From positions 1 to 64,000 of the forward strand of contig RSEE01000139.1 in NCBI GenBank assembly GCA_003971905.1: a stretch of 64,000 nt of DNA, in the 5' to 3' direction. Position numbers and translations under genes: made by a program. Numbering within the stretch: position 1 is the first letter of the stretch; each line of letters starts with the position of its first letter. Origin of the DNA: Moniliella sp. 'wahieum' (Eukaryota). The notes under the pieces were generated by a model. That model made no database searches. It was not told the DNA's origin and was given only the letters and a program-made list of their open reading frames with translations. Positions 36,646-49,790 of this stretch are shown piece after piece.

Positions 36646-38480
36646 ATGGGCTCGGCCAGCACATCCAGCAGTGAGCGCAGCACCGACCCTATTTTTCTGC
36701 GCGCACCAGTCGCCGCACCAAGCGCCATATCCACACCCGCCAACCAGCATCGCCAGCAGTGGACTCTCCAAAGCACTGTCCAGTGTCTCCACCGGCCTTC
36801 CAGCCCCTTCTCCTCCATCACCCCTACTTCCTCGCTCTCCACCCCGACATGGCGCACGCCTCAAGCGCTACTCCCCCTCCACCCAAGGAGGAGACCATCC
36901 GCCATTAGGCCATCCTCCCGTTGAACCTTTTCCCAGTGGCCATGGACCAACAGCTCTCGATATTTCGAACTCCGCCCGCTCAGCGGCCCAGCTACTGCAA
37001 GCTCGATGGGAGCTAAAGAATCAGCATCAGCAGCGGCAGGAGCAGCAGCTGAGGAAAGCCTCTCATAAATCCCGTACCCATGCCTCCGACCCCACCCGCT
37101 TAGCCAAAACCGATGCCCCCCTTCCCAAACGGGTAAACACCTAAAGCGCAATCGTCGTCATCAATCCCAAGAACTGGAAAATTTCCCGAGCAATTGGTCT
37201 TCCCGTTCAAGCGATCGGAACCGTCTAGCGTCACGTTCGCGTAGGTCCAGCCGTGCTTCGGTGGAGGGATCTCTTCGTTCTGATCGTTCAACCCCCTCGG
37301 CTAGAAATAGCTTTTATTCGGCTCATTCCATCTTCAACCCAACAGGGGAACAGGAGTATAACGGCATTGATGTAATTCCTGAGGTGTCTCAATCGCACAG
37401 TTCGTCGCCCTCTTCCACGGCTTCACCTCTCCCTGGCAGCGATGGCCGTCAAAGGACACAGAGCATCACCTCACGCTCAATTCGTTCGGTTCGAACCGAT
37501 ACTGTCTCGTACTTGTGGGATGCATCAGCAGAGGATGCGAGACGTACGCGCCGCTCATCTGATGTATCATCATTGTTCCCGGACATTCCCGGTGCCTGGA
37601 CCGAACACCGCATTGAACCAACACCCCTTGCAAAGGGGAAAACTTATTCAACGTCGTCTACACTTGGATCGAATCCTATCTCCCAACAAGAAGATCATCC
37701 ACGTCGCCCTCAGAGCTCTCGCAGCTCTTTCTACCAAACCGAACTACTCTCATCGTCGCCAAAGGATAAAAAGGTCTGTCCGACCTAAGCAACTTACGTG
37801 CCTTGGACATGGGGCATCGGCAACTTTCCCATGCATCCTCTTAGCGCGTACTTTGACCCGTCCTCTTTCTGCGCCACTTAAGCCGGTTCTCCAATTCTGG
37901 TTAGCAGCCTGCCTCAGCACAATGGCTGTGCTGTCACTCAGTGTTCTCATGGCTTGCTCTTATCTCTTGACTTTTTACGACGATGCGGCCCACAGATCCC
38001 GCTCCATCACCTCGGCCGCAGCGAAGGCTAGGGGCAAGGCCCCCACCGTCGGTAGCATCCTCTTTCCCTTGGTCCGGCTCCTCTCTGCACCAATACGAGT
38101 GCCGTTGCGCCTCTTCTCTCGATCGAAGACCACTCGTTCTACTTCCCCTCCTCCTGATCTGGACGATGTTGGTGGTCCCGAGGAGAATACCCCGTCGGGT
38201 GCCCCGGGCCCACGACCTCCCATTGGCCCGCTCTTGGCTAGCCTCGCATTTGCTCTTACCGTTACGTTCGGGGCAGGGATGTTGCAGCTGTTTGTCTCCT
38301 ACCGCCGCCGCATGTTTCCACCAGTATTTTGACGCGGACGTTGACCACAGCTCCGATTCGGACCGGGCAGACTGGTCCCCTTCCCCGCCAAATCCACGGG
38401 AATCCCAGGGGAGCTCTGCTGCGTCCAGTCACTTCTCCTCCATGCCGCGTTACAGTCACAGGCAGCCAACTAATTCCTGA
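36646..38480 (+). CDS. Hypothetical Ser/Pro-rich protein with C-terminal hydrophobic (TM) segments
   Basis: Chain of overlapping + ORFs (36646, 36671, 37261, 37442, 37983) after a CT-rich leader; hydrophobic stretches FWLAACLSTMAVLSLSVLMACSYLL and LLASLAFALTVTFGAGML. Confidence 0.55.
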
Positions 38481-39095
38481 TATCCTGATCTTGATCTGGA
38501 TCATAATCCCTGATGACCCTCTCTCTCGCTTATTTCCTTCGCTCTGTTGGAGCTTCTTGTTCTTGCCTGCCCCACATGCACGTCTGCCATGTTTTCAGAC
38601 ACGGAGCAGCTATTGGCCTACACGCTCCTTACTAATTGTGCCGCCGCCCGTGTCGCGTGTAATTTATGAATGAAGAAGAGATGGCACTGTAGCTGGCACT
38701 CTTGCGCCATTGGCGTAGCGGCCTTAGGATACGTATCGGTTGCGCATGGCGTAGACGCAACCCCTTAATCACAGAGTACGGGTGGTTCTGCCACGGTGCT
38801 TTTGCTTGCACTTGCTCTGAAAATGGACATGGCCATCCAAGGGCGGCGTGTCAGGGCGTAGTGCTTTTGCAACATTCAGAAGTGGAGACGCTCAATTTCC
38901 TGTGTTGCGTGGCAAGCCCTTGCGCCGGGGCTAGTTGAATCGACCGAACGTTCAGGCTGGCCAGCAGCCGCAACTGCTAACCCACCATTGTCCGCCCAAC
39001 CACCATTGCCTGCAAGCGCCTTACCCGTCCCCGCACCCTGGAACCACCACCTCCCCTCGCGCTGCGCCGTCCGCACGACTGAACACGAGCCCACC

Positions 39096-39975
39096 ATGTC
39101 GTCCTTTGCCCGGTCCCAACTGTGGCTCCGCTCCACCCTCCTTGCCGTCGCTCTGGCCTTCACGCTCTTGTCCACAGCGCGTGCGCACATGATCGAGATG
39201 GCACCATATGGCAAGGACTGCTTCTTCGAGGATCTGCACATCGGGGACCAGGTATGCCATCCACCCCTTCTCCCCTTTCCCCCCCCCTCCTAGCCCCCTT
39301 CTGACTTCTAGTGGTGTTGCGCAGATGACGCTGTCCTTCCAAGTGGGCGGAAGTTCGCAGCTCGACATTGACACTGTTCTCACCGATCCCTCTGGGAACG
39401 CTTTGTACGAACGGTCGCGCAAGGATACGGGTTCCTATTCATTTGTCGCCTCTGCCGATGGGCGGTTCGAATACTGTTTCTCCAACGAGTACAGCAGTGC
39501 GGGGGATAAGACTGTGAGGTGGGTGCTACGCTGAGGGAGGACGCCTGGTATGGGTATGGGCCGGAACGACTGACTCAATTTTTCGATACAGCTTCAACGT
39601 CCATGGCATTATCTATGTTGAGGAGGAAGGCGACATGTCACCTGTCGAGCTGCGAGGTGCGCGACTTGGCTGCAGCAGTGCAGGCCGTCAAGGATGAGCA
39701 AGCCTACCTCGTGTGCGAGAGCGTTTGCATCGCAACAGTATGTCCTCCTAGAATGGGAAGCAAGCTGAATACTAACCCTTCTATTTATTTAGCTGCCGAA
39801 AGCACCAATGCACGGGTTCGTACCTGGTCGGTGGTCCAAGCGCTCATGTTGGCTGTGTGTGGCGTGCAGATCTTTTTGTTAAGAGGGGTTGTTTCTTTTC
39901 TCTTTGGGCAATGACGAGTGTAGACTGACCATCTTCCCTGTCTCCAGGCACTTTGAGGTGCGACGTATCGTTTGA
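39096..39975 (+). CDS. EMP24: p24/EMP24 family cargo receptor (GOLD domain)
   Basis: Signal peptide, DCFFEDLH, MTLSFQVG..LDID, GRFEYCFSNEYS, VKDEQAYL, AESTNARV..WS and C-terminal FEVRRIV. Four predicted introns. Confidence 0.92.
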
Positions 39976-41317
39976 TCCTCTTCTCGTTTGCATCTTCTTT
40001 CCCTGGCCATTCACGTGTGCTGTCGTGGCACATGTTGTGGCATGTCCCCCATCCGTACATTATACCTTTCGCTCGTGAGGGATGCCTCCATCCTACGCCT
40101 CATTTCATTGTATCCGTGCGTTGGTAGGGCGCCCACCAGTGTCTAATAACGCCCACCAACCTGGATGGAAATACGGTTGTTGTGACCTGGGACGCATCGA
40201 GATACTTTCATGCCAAGGGTTGTTAGTCCCCATTACCTCGCTCGGTGGACAATTTGTCAATGTCGAGGACAACCATTAATGAGGATCTGTGCCAGGCCTA
40301 TCAGCAATGATAGGAGCGCTTCAGCGAACACGTTTAGAGTGGGGATCATCCGCGACAGAGCATCACCCCAACGAGCCCAGTTGCATATACCTGCTTATCT
40401 ACTGCCTCTGCCCTCTGCCCTGCCAGGCCAGCCCTACATGATCACCAGCTATAGGGCAGGGAAGATTGATATCCAGCAAGCTCGTCCCTGGATGGTTAAC
40501 AAGCGACATCAACTTCGCTATGAGTCGGGAGATCAGCTCCCGGGCATCCGGGTGCATCACATTTTACCCAAGCGATGTAACAGGCGCGCGCCGGGTATGA
40601 AGATGGCACGGTGGAAGTCGTACCCAGACCATGTATGCCGAAAGCCCCACTATCCCATATCATCCCTTGGTGGCGAATGGGCCTTTTGGGCAGCTTTTTG
40701 CATTGGGTTCTATGATAGCAACAAACTGCTGGCTGAGGTGGTAACAGAGTTTTTCTCAGCACCACCCCTCTTTGTCGAAGCGGTGTCCCTCTGCTACAAA
40801 CTCACCATACCTTCCGAGTCGTCTTGTCAACAGAGGGATGGGAAACAAGGCATTTCATCCCTAGTTGCATACCCTGGCTTTAGAGAATCCCACCTGTCCC
40901 CGACACCCCTTGGCACGTATGTTCTCGTCCTGCTCCCGCAACCGTTGACGAACTACATGGGCTGCTTGGGGACAATTCTTGCGTGCACTATTTAATACCT
41001 ATATGGCGTGTGACTCGGAAGAGGGTTGCTAGATGGGGAATAGCATTTTGGGGGTCGTAGATGCGCCTAGTAAGGTGCGCATGGAAGAGCATAGCGCCAT
41101 AGATGCCCAAGGCAACCGGCAACCAATCGCGTGAGACCCATACGTTAGGGGAGGAGGAAAGGGGAAGGGGACAAAGAGAGACGAGATACTCCCCTGTCCC
41201 CTCACTGAACCCTACCCCGCTCCCACGCGCAGCGGGGCCCCAATGATCGTTCCCATACTGTCAAGGCTCACTCAGCCTAACGCCAAGGGCCGGTACAGAT
41301 ATCCAACCGGGGGGAGC

Positions 41318-41585
41318 TTAGGCAACCAGCTGGATGACACCGCCAGCCTCCTTGATCTTGTACTCAGCCGCGGCCGAGACAAAGCGGGCCTTGACAATGA
41401 AAGGAAGGTTGGGAAGGTTGCCCTTGGCGAGCACCTTACCGTAGCCAGCAGCCAGGGTGTCAATCACCGGCACCTCCGTCGACGAGGCGGTCAGACCCTC
41501 GCGAGCCGAGGCCGGAACGAGAGTCCAAAGCTTGTCCAGGTTGATCACAGGGCGCCAGTAGTGGTTGTCAAGCTGGTGGAAGTGG

Positions 41586-41622
<37 letters not shown>

Positions 41623-41828
41623 TGTCGAAGTTGGTACGGTGGTGGTGCTGACCACCAGCGAGACCGCGACCACCCGGATGCTTGCGGTGCTTGCTGTTTA
41701 AACGTAGCGGTTAGTGCATGCTCTTCACCGGAGGAGCTCCAAGAAAGGGGATGAGACGCACCCGATACGGCCGTGACCCGAGGAAACGTGGCCACGGTGC
41801 TTGCGGGTGTTGTGGAGGCGGTGGGCAT
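41318..41828 (-). CDS. RPL28: 60S ribosomal protein uL15 (L28/L27a)
   Basis: [21 protein letters not shown], intron, [39 protein letters not shown]...[10 protein letters not shown]...[13 protein letters not shown]. Confidence 0.96.
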
Positions 41829-44800
41829 GTCAACAGTCTTGGAGGTTGGTGCTGGGCAAAGACGGCGCGACAAGCAAATGCAAACAGAAGGCAGCAGCAG
41901 TCTGGCCCCTACAGAAAGAGTAGGGTTAGCCTCCGCGTACGTCATCAGTGTAATATTTCGCCGCAGCAGGTTTGCACCACGGCGCTAGGGTTGCAATCGC
42001 CCTCTCGCGCACGTCACGCGTCACGCGTCACCCTTGATCTGACGTCGTGGTCAAGGGTCCGATGGTCATCTGCCAGCGCCAAACTGGAACGCGGGATTAT
42101 AGGTCGTGCACCAATGGGTCTTTGCATGGCCTCCTCAACCATTGTAATTATCCACCCGGCATCACGTGAAGTCTGACGTCCCCGGTATGGACGTTCGCAC
42201 CAGCGTGCCCCCCATTCGTACTAGTGGTTGCCAGGTAAAGCTGCCGGTTGTCATTCATTCCAACTCACTAACCTTTCCCCTACCCCCTTCGCTATCATTC
42301 GTCGTGTTCACTAGCTTCAGTCTCCACCGTACGGATCCCGCGGGCTGGGGATTAATATAAAAGATTGAGGTGTTCTCTGTGACAGGACCTGTCCTACCAT
42401 GTCTTTGCCCGTGTCAACCTTCCGGCCAACCTTTCCGGCGCAAAGCCTACAGACATCCCAGTCCTGCTCGTTCTGGTGCACCACAACTTTGCCACGGGAG
42501 CCTATGCCTCAACTCAGACGCCTCGCCTTGTCTCTAGCTCCGTTCGGATATGTCAGTACTAATGTTCAAGCTCGTCGATCAACTGTGAGTGGACTCTGTT
42601 CCAAGGGAAAGCGCCCCTATAAACTGTGGGTCGGACTCCACAGTTCGGGATCCACCGATGACATAGACTGTGATATGCATAATGCATTTTCTCCTCTGTG
42701 CGGTACATGATTTGTCTGCCAAAGGGATCTCCGTATACTAGTGGTCACTGTCTGCCTGCAGAAAAGTAGAGAGCAATGCGCAAAAGGGCGATGGGGTGTT
42801 GACTGGTGTCTATAAAAGCCTCAGACCTCCACTGTTACGGGGCACTCCGGTTATTTCCGGACGCTAAGCCCTGCATGTCGTAGACATCTCATCCAAACAC
42901 GCGTCAGTGCCGTTAAACTATATCGAGAGAGAGCCAACAGATACCTATCCATGTGCAAATTTCATCCGCTGCCCGCCATGGTCGCATGTGCTTATCGGTA
43001 CGATGCGTTGTGCTCATCGCGCCCAGTCACACAACCTTTTACCCGTGCTGCGCCCGATTGCGCAGCGTCATCGCCTTTGAGAGCAAGGGTTAGAGTGAGG
43101 GACCATATGTATAGGAGCTGAGTACTCAGACTGAGCATGGAGAGAAGCACTGCAAACGAGCAACTATAAACAAGACCATTATATTCTCAAGTTACTAGTT
43201 ACCGGCTTCCAACGTGGTCCAACTGAAAAATTCTAAGGCTAAAAGGAGCTTCCAGGGAAACCATTAAGCAGGTTAATGCGCAACCCCCCGGAGTCGAGAT
43301 GCCAGAGCTTGGAGGCGCGGCACTGCCGAATCTCGGCGGAACGAGAAAAAGAACCCCCCTGGTGTGGTACATTTTCTCGACGTACCCAATAAAACCTCCG
43401 TCGCCGACAACACTGAACGTTGAACAGGCCATAGCACCGATGCACATGTGTGTACTCTTTCTGCCTTTCGCTCTCACCGTTTACATGGCGACGAAAGGGA
43501 AAGGAATTCAAAGAACGAACGATGTGGATGACATCTGTTAAACGTAGGACTCAACAAAACGTTTCGACATGAATATAGATTGATAGTAGATCGATGAGAT
43601 GCGGGGCGTGCTGATGCAGCGCTGATGCACTCTGATGAGAAGCAGGACGATGGGCGAGATGGGAGGCGATGGGCGATGGGAGGCGATAGACGGTAGGCGC
43701 TAGGCTGCCAAGTGCGGTCGAAGTGATGAGCGTTTGACGTTTGATCCAGCCAATAAAATTCAATGGCTGTCATCGATGTCATCAGCGCGACAGCCTGCGA
43801 CAGCCAAGCACCTCTCGCCGGATGCTTGGCGCCACACGGGGTGCAAGCCGAAGAGGCACTAGGCTAGTGTGCTGTTGGCCTCAGCTCGGTACAGCGAACG
43901 GCGATAGGCGCGAGGCACCCTGAAGGCACTACAGGGCACTTTCCGGCACTGCTCCAATCGCCGCCGCACTTTCCTGCTCCACTCCGCTTCACCATATGAT
44001 TCACCTGGCCGCCTCGCACGTACCCCTGAGCGCCTCCGCCTCCTCCCCGTCTCACCGCGGTTTCACCGCCCCTGGAGTGGAGAGCGAGCAGCAGACGGCC
44101 GCTGATGACCGACTAGTAGGACTCCACTACAGGCGGGCTTTCGGGCCTGACCTATTAACCGCGGCAACACATCTGCCAGCTGTACGTCATACCACCCGCC
44201 GCCTAACATCCAGCTGTGTGTATCTCAGCCAGCCGATCCCTATAAAGGTAACCACAATCATCGTCAGACGCATGTGGCCATGATGCACACATGATGTGTC
44301 CTGCTTCGTGCTCATGGCGCTCTTCTCTTGAGCCGCGGGCCGATCACATGCATCACAGTGAATTGCCAAGCTCAAGCTTCAAGCTCCAAGCTTCAAGCTC
44401 CAAGCTTCAAGCTTCAAGGCACTACTTAGGACTTCATCAAACTCATGATTATCCACAATCTCCACACTTCTCGCGCCGTAATCCATAAGCTTAGAGCCAC
44501 CGGCAAATGGCCAGTAACTAGTAATGCATAATGCGTAACGGTAACCGGTCAAGCTTTTGTTTGAACTTGGGTGCGGATACAGACGCAGACAGAAGGTGAA
44601 AACAAATGGATGATCGATGAAGAGAAGAAAGGGCGGGACCCACTGGACCGGGAACGGAGGGATCCGGGGGAATAACCCGGAGCCGGTGCCTGTCCCGCAC
44701 AACTTGATGGGCTATGAACGCATGAGCGATGAGCCTCATCGCTGAGCTCATAATAAGCATCGGACCAAGCACCCCGTCCACTTCAGAAAAGCACCGGGCG

Positions 44801-45597
44801 GGCGTAGTGGGGAGCTCCCCCTCATCACCACACCACACAGTATGATACGTGATCACATTATGTGTCAACGTACGTTCAACATGATGGGGACTATACGTTC
44901 CATACGTTACATGCATATGATGCAATGGTGTAATGATGGACTCGGAGACTCCATTGGGGATGATGAGACCTGGAGTCTAGATGGTCCTCGAGGGTGATGC
45001 AATCGCACTAGTAGTGGTGGTGGTCTAAGCCAACCAGCAACGCCTACAGAGGAACATCAAGCAGCGAGTCGCCACCAGGGGCTAAGCTGCGGAACAAGGA
45101 AAAACAGGAGAGAAAAACAACGGAACTCCTAGGCCTGAGGAGGAACTGAAGGGACATTGGCCAAAGCACGAGCCACCTGATGGCTCAACAGGGGACCATC
45201 CAAGCTTCAACGTCAACAACAAAAGCGTCAAGCTGTGTCCGATGAACGTGTTGCTGGACGCACCACGCCTGCCAGGCTTCACATCCAAGTAGCACTAAGC
45301 CCAGTCGGCAGCTCCAGCCACACTCACTCGCTGGGACAGTGCCGCTGGGGTGTCCGCGGGTTGTGCTTGTGGCAGAGGCCATATGATATGATCGATTTGA
45401 TCGCGCTTGTAGCCGCATCGGTGGCTCCGATGCATGCTCGGTTTTTGCCGTATCATTTATCATTTACACTAAACCGGCGCCACACGCATATAAGACACGC
45501 CGCGCGGACCTTTGGCACTCCTTCCTTTGCTCTCTCCCTCCTCCCGCCATCCCCCCTCACCACATCTTCGCCCATCCTCTGTTCGCTATTTGCAACC

Positions 45598-45895
45598 ATG
45601 ACCTGTTGTCGCCATACTTCCTTCTATTCACCCTCAACGTCCCATGCTTCTGGACACTCATTACGTACGTATGTCCTCCACGCATCGCCTCCAAGTCACC
45701 CCTCTTCTGTATCTAGTGCCCCCATTTTCCCAATCATAACCGGGCTAATCCCTTGTCCATCTTGCAGGAAGCATGGTCAACATGGCACTCGGTCCCTACG
45801 TTCGCTGTCCGTTCTGTGACAACATCATTGTCAAGTTGAATGAGTGTACCTCCTGCCACCGCTCCCTCATCGGAGTACGTTGCAAAGAACCCTGA
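45598..45895 (+). CDS. Putative small zinc-ribbon protein (CPFC-x9-CTSC), 64 aa after splicing
   Basis: Exon 45598-45664, intron 45665-45767 (GTACGT...GCTAAT...TTGCAG) and exon 45768-45895 join in frame. A CT-rich leader and catataa lie upstream. Confidence 0.55.
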
Positions 45896-46962
45896 CGCTC
45901 CACCTCCAGCCTCATCGATCATCCCCGTCCCGGCCGCTGGTCTCTTGCCCCTTGGTCCTTATATACTCCCCTTGGCTTGTTCCCATTGACTATTACGTTG
46001 TGGGACTACGCATCGTGAATCATGAGGAGCCCTGAGGCCAGGGACATTTTAGGCCTATGATCTGCCTCAGCAGGCCTGCTCCCCCGCTGAATCATGGTCA
46101 CTGAGCTGGTTCCATTTCGGCTCTCGTCCCAAGTTTCATGAGTTTGATAGTATATCCTTCGTCCCTCTGTCCAGCTTCCCATTACCACATCGATACCATC
46201 ACTCTCCTCACATGAACATTTTGTCTGTATCCTGTTTCTTCCCATTCCGTCGAGAAGACCGCTAGGCAACGAATACATCTCCCCCTCTCCATCTCGAACT
46301 TTGGACCTACTTATTATCTTCTTGGCACCATGTTCCATGTCATGCCTTGGGGCATCTGCATCTTCGCTCTATTGGCTGCCGCACTGTGATATGCTCGCAG
46401 GCCACGTTGTTTCCTGGTGATTCTACATCGTTCTGCTCAGTCCCGTTCTCATAGCCCCCAACACACTCGTGTAGCCCACCTAAGGACTGGGCAATGGGGT
46501 TGATTTAATACTCTCTTAGTAGTTTTCTATGAGATCATGTCGGTCATGAACTCATTCTATTGGGGCTTAACAAGGTACATCGCAGGTACAATAGGCGTCC
46601 AGTTCGAAGGGAGCTAAGATTAGGATGGGGAATCTCTGTTGATGTGCCCTGCTACACCTTGCACGCCGATGAAGGATTGGGCACAACGATTGTGGTTGTG
46701 TGAATCAGACTGCAGTCGACCATCTCATCGTAGTAACGCCTCTCGTGGCCTCTTGGTCTCTCCGGATTGCCCGCTGTTCGCAATGAATCCAAACTCAGTC
46801 GCTCTATCCGGCGTACTAGTCAGCAATTGGCTTTGCAATGCAAGAACATGGAATTCATCAAGCTTCAACCTGCAAGCTTCACGCTTTCTAGCTAGCGCAA
46901 GGGTGGTGCAGGGAAGTATGAGCATCTGAATTGCTATCTTGCAGGAGGGACACCGGAATGCT

Positions 46963-47789
46963 TTACTCTTCGTCTCCTCGGTGGGCTTCTCCTCCTTGGC
47001 ATCCTCCTTGGACTCCTCCTTGGACTCCTCCTTGGACTCCTCCTTAGGGGCCTCCTTGGACTCCGGCTTGGACTCCTTCTCGATCGGCTCAAGCACCTCG
47101 CCCTTCTGGGCCTTCTCGAAGGCGGCCTTAAACGACTGTGCGTCTGCAAGCACAACATGTCAGTACAATCCCTCAAAACAAACAAGGGTACAAGACGTAC
47201 TGTCGGCGTTGGCAAAAGGATGGCAAGCGTTTCAGCTTGGGGCTCACCATCCGACACATCCGCCGCTACGTTGTACACCCACACCGGTCGGACGAAACGT
47301 TGGGCTTGAGCTCAATGTCCGAGGTAACTGTTCAGCCGAGTTAGCATTTCATCTCCTGCATTCCGAACAGGAATTCAGTTCGGAATTCAGTAGAGGTAAT
47401 ACACACTGTAGTGATTCGCGCACACCTTGAGCGTCTTGTCTCGTCGCCGCATCACAACACGCACCTTCTTGGTGCTTGTGCTGGAGCAGACGCACATCCC
47501 CAGTACCCTCTCTTTCCATTGCTTGCCCTCGGGGTCCGAAACGGAAAGCTTGGCGCGGCTGCACACAAAAAATTATTATTAGGATGCTGAACTGAGCGTT
47601 CAGAGCAATAAACGGTCCAAAGCAGACGGAGACGTACACCTTGTACACCACATTCTCATCCTCCTCGAGCGTCTTGGTTCTCGACTGCTTCTCGAGCTTG
47701 ATGACCGGCTCGTAGTGCGGGTCGTTCTCCTCGCCGGGGTCGTTGCCGGTGGAGGCGAGGGGGTCGTTCTTAGGCTCGGTAGCAGACAT
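46963..47789 (-). CDS. YRB1: Ran-binding protein 1 (RanBD1)
   Basis: DPHYEPVIKL...KTLEEDENVVYK, RAKL.RF...WKERGTGDVRLLQH, RRDKTLKVCANH, WVYNVAADVSDGEP.AETLAI, AQSFKAAFEKAQ and an acidic KEES-repeat tail. Several introns. Confidence 0.95.
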
Positions 47790-48833
47790 GGGGAGGGGCG
47801 GGTGGTTGGTGGTGGTGGGAGAGCGGAAATGAACACCCGGGGCGATGACGCGGATGACGATGAGAGCTGCTCTGCTCTGCTCCCCAGCCCATTCTGCGCC
47901 TGGAAAAAATTGAATCCGAAGGAGCCGCAGAGGCACGGCGCCACTCTCCCCTGTGGATGCGCGCGCGAAGCAACACTGTTCCCCTGCAGAAACCCTAACG
48001 CTTGGGCAGACCAACACCAACAACGCATCCGCTTCAATTTCATAGATGGACTGGACTGTTGCCCATCGGACATTCGTCCGCTCTTTGGTGTTCCACGCCA
48101 ACCGCAGCTCAGCCTGAGCAGCCTCACAGGCTCACCCCAAAATGCACCATCGAACGCATTGTATGCGACTGACGAACTGGTGTGCCGCCCAATAGAGTGC
48201 GGTTAGAATTTACCACAGATCTCTTCTCTGGATCTTCCCCCAGCATCGGCTGAGGCAAGGCGAATGAAGTTATTCGGTCGCAACAAAGCTTGAGCTTCGG
48301 CCCCGTTAGGGAATTAGAAGGCAAAGTACCCAGGGCACTTTCAAGGTCCGTTCTTCCTTCTCTGTAGCCATGACGACGCGAGAATACTATGCTCAAGACA
48401 GCTATAGGTGTTGATTAAGCACTGAAAGGTGCTGCAGCTGAACTTTTGGGTCTCTTATAGTGATGGAGATGGTTTTCCGCTCTCATGCCCACCCCCTCAT
48501 TATTGGTATCACTGCTTGTGCCCCTTATTGCGGTTTGTAAACAACTGGTGAGACCCAGAGGATCTTGGCCTCTGCAGGTAACACTATTCCCCTCTCCTAA
48601 TTGGACAGGTACTGTATAAAAGTCGAGGGAAGGCAGGTACAACCAATTAGTGGCTAGTCAAGAAGAGGTACATGATTTGTTGCCGTAAGAAAAAACAGAG
48701 CAATGGCTAAGGACGGGGCTTGAGAGCTTGAGGGAATAAAAGAATCCTGGTTACCTAAATCAGACCTGACGCGTGACGGGCAGCGCACGTGTGGGAGCAG
48801 ACACCGGATGAACGCTCAGGCGCTCAGGCTGAG

Positions 48834-49073
48834 TGTTGGCCTAGGGAGCCGGACGGGCAGAAGGATGAGGAGAAGGTGATGGATTGGAGCCAGAGTTGGG
48901 TCTGGGTACAGAGGCATCTATATAGGAGGCTGGACTAGGCACAGGGACAGTGAGTCACACAGGAGAGAGTGCAGGGCACAGGGACAGTGACACGCAGGGA
49001 CGTCAGCGTGGAAGCCGATGGAACCGAGGCGAACCTGGTCTACCGACTGGGAGCCAGAGGATCACAGTCAACA
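48834..49073 (-). repeat. LTR copy 1 (3' LTR in element orientation)
   Basis: tgttggcctaggg...cacagtcaaca, TATATA at 48919-48924, internal direct repeat ggcacagggacagtga. Confidence 0.93.
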
Positions 49074-49790
49074 CCCCCGCTGGCCAGGGAACCCGGAGAC
49101 ATCGGTTGTGGGATGAGCTCCTGCCAGTGGATGTAGAGAGGGGAGGACTTGAGTGGCAACCGGGACGAATGGCCTGGAGTTGTGCATGGCCACACGACTG
49201 GCCTACACCCCCGCTGTCCAGGATGACACCTGAACGAGCCGAGCGCTTGTGGTTGGTGTATTGTGCGACCGCCAGATGCTTGTAGAAGTCTTAGAAGTAA
49301 AAGTAGTAGGGGTTGCGCCCCGAAGCGATTTGGTGGGCAAAAGTAAAAAGCACCAGTTATGTAGTGAAAGAAAATTGGAAACTTGGAGTAAATGCGGTCC
49401 AAGGTCGTTTGGCATCAAAATTGGATGCGTTTGGTAGTTGTTTGGTTCCGCATGCCTGGTGCCAGTGGGGTCCATTGGGCATGGGAAATGAACGGGCGCT
49501 ATGCGTCAACCGTCTTGATCTGTTTGGGTTCTCTTTGTTGTTGAAAAAGAGGAGTGGAAGAAGTTGGGTGACCCCCCCCCCATCCTTTCCCCAGGTGCCC
49601 CGGATGAATTGGCAATCCGGGGCGTGTAGCCGTGGGTGGGGCACTTGATGAGCAGCCACCCCCGCTTTCTGCGATTCGCCTGCGCCGTTTTGTCGTTGGA
49701 GGAATTTCGTCTCGTTGACGATACCCGACACGTTTTGTTCCGTCGTGTGTTGTCCCTAAAAATCATTGCCCCATCTGTGGGGGACGAGTG

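Noticed and set aside
40210..40995. 261-aa ORF between EMP24 and RPL28
   Set aside because: No recognisable domain, no ATG start in the listed frame position, and no coding-like composition; left uncalled.
41921..41929. TAGGGTTAG as a telo-box/Tbf1 site in the RPL28 promoter, with TCACGTGA at 42162
   Set aside because: On the sense strand it reads GCTAAC followed by a pyrimidine tract and TAG, more simply an intron branch point in the 5' leader. Single short motifs are not enough evidence.
48834..49073. 5S rRNA-derived sequence in the LTR (Cassandra-like TRIM)
   Set aside because: I could not recognise 5S A/C-box motifs in either strand of the LTR.
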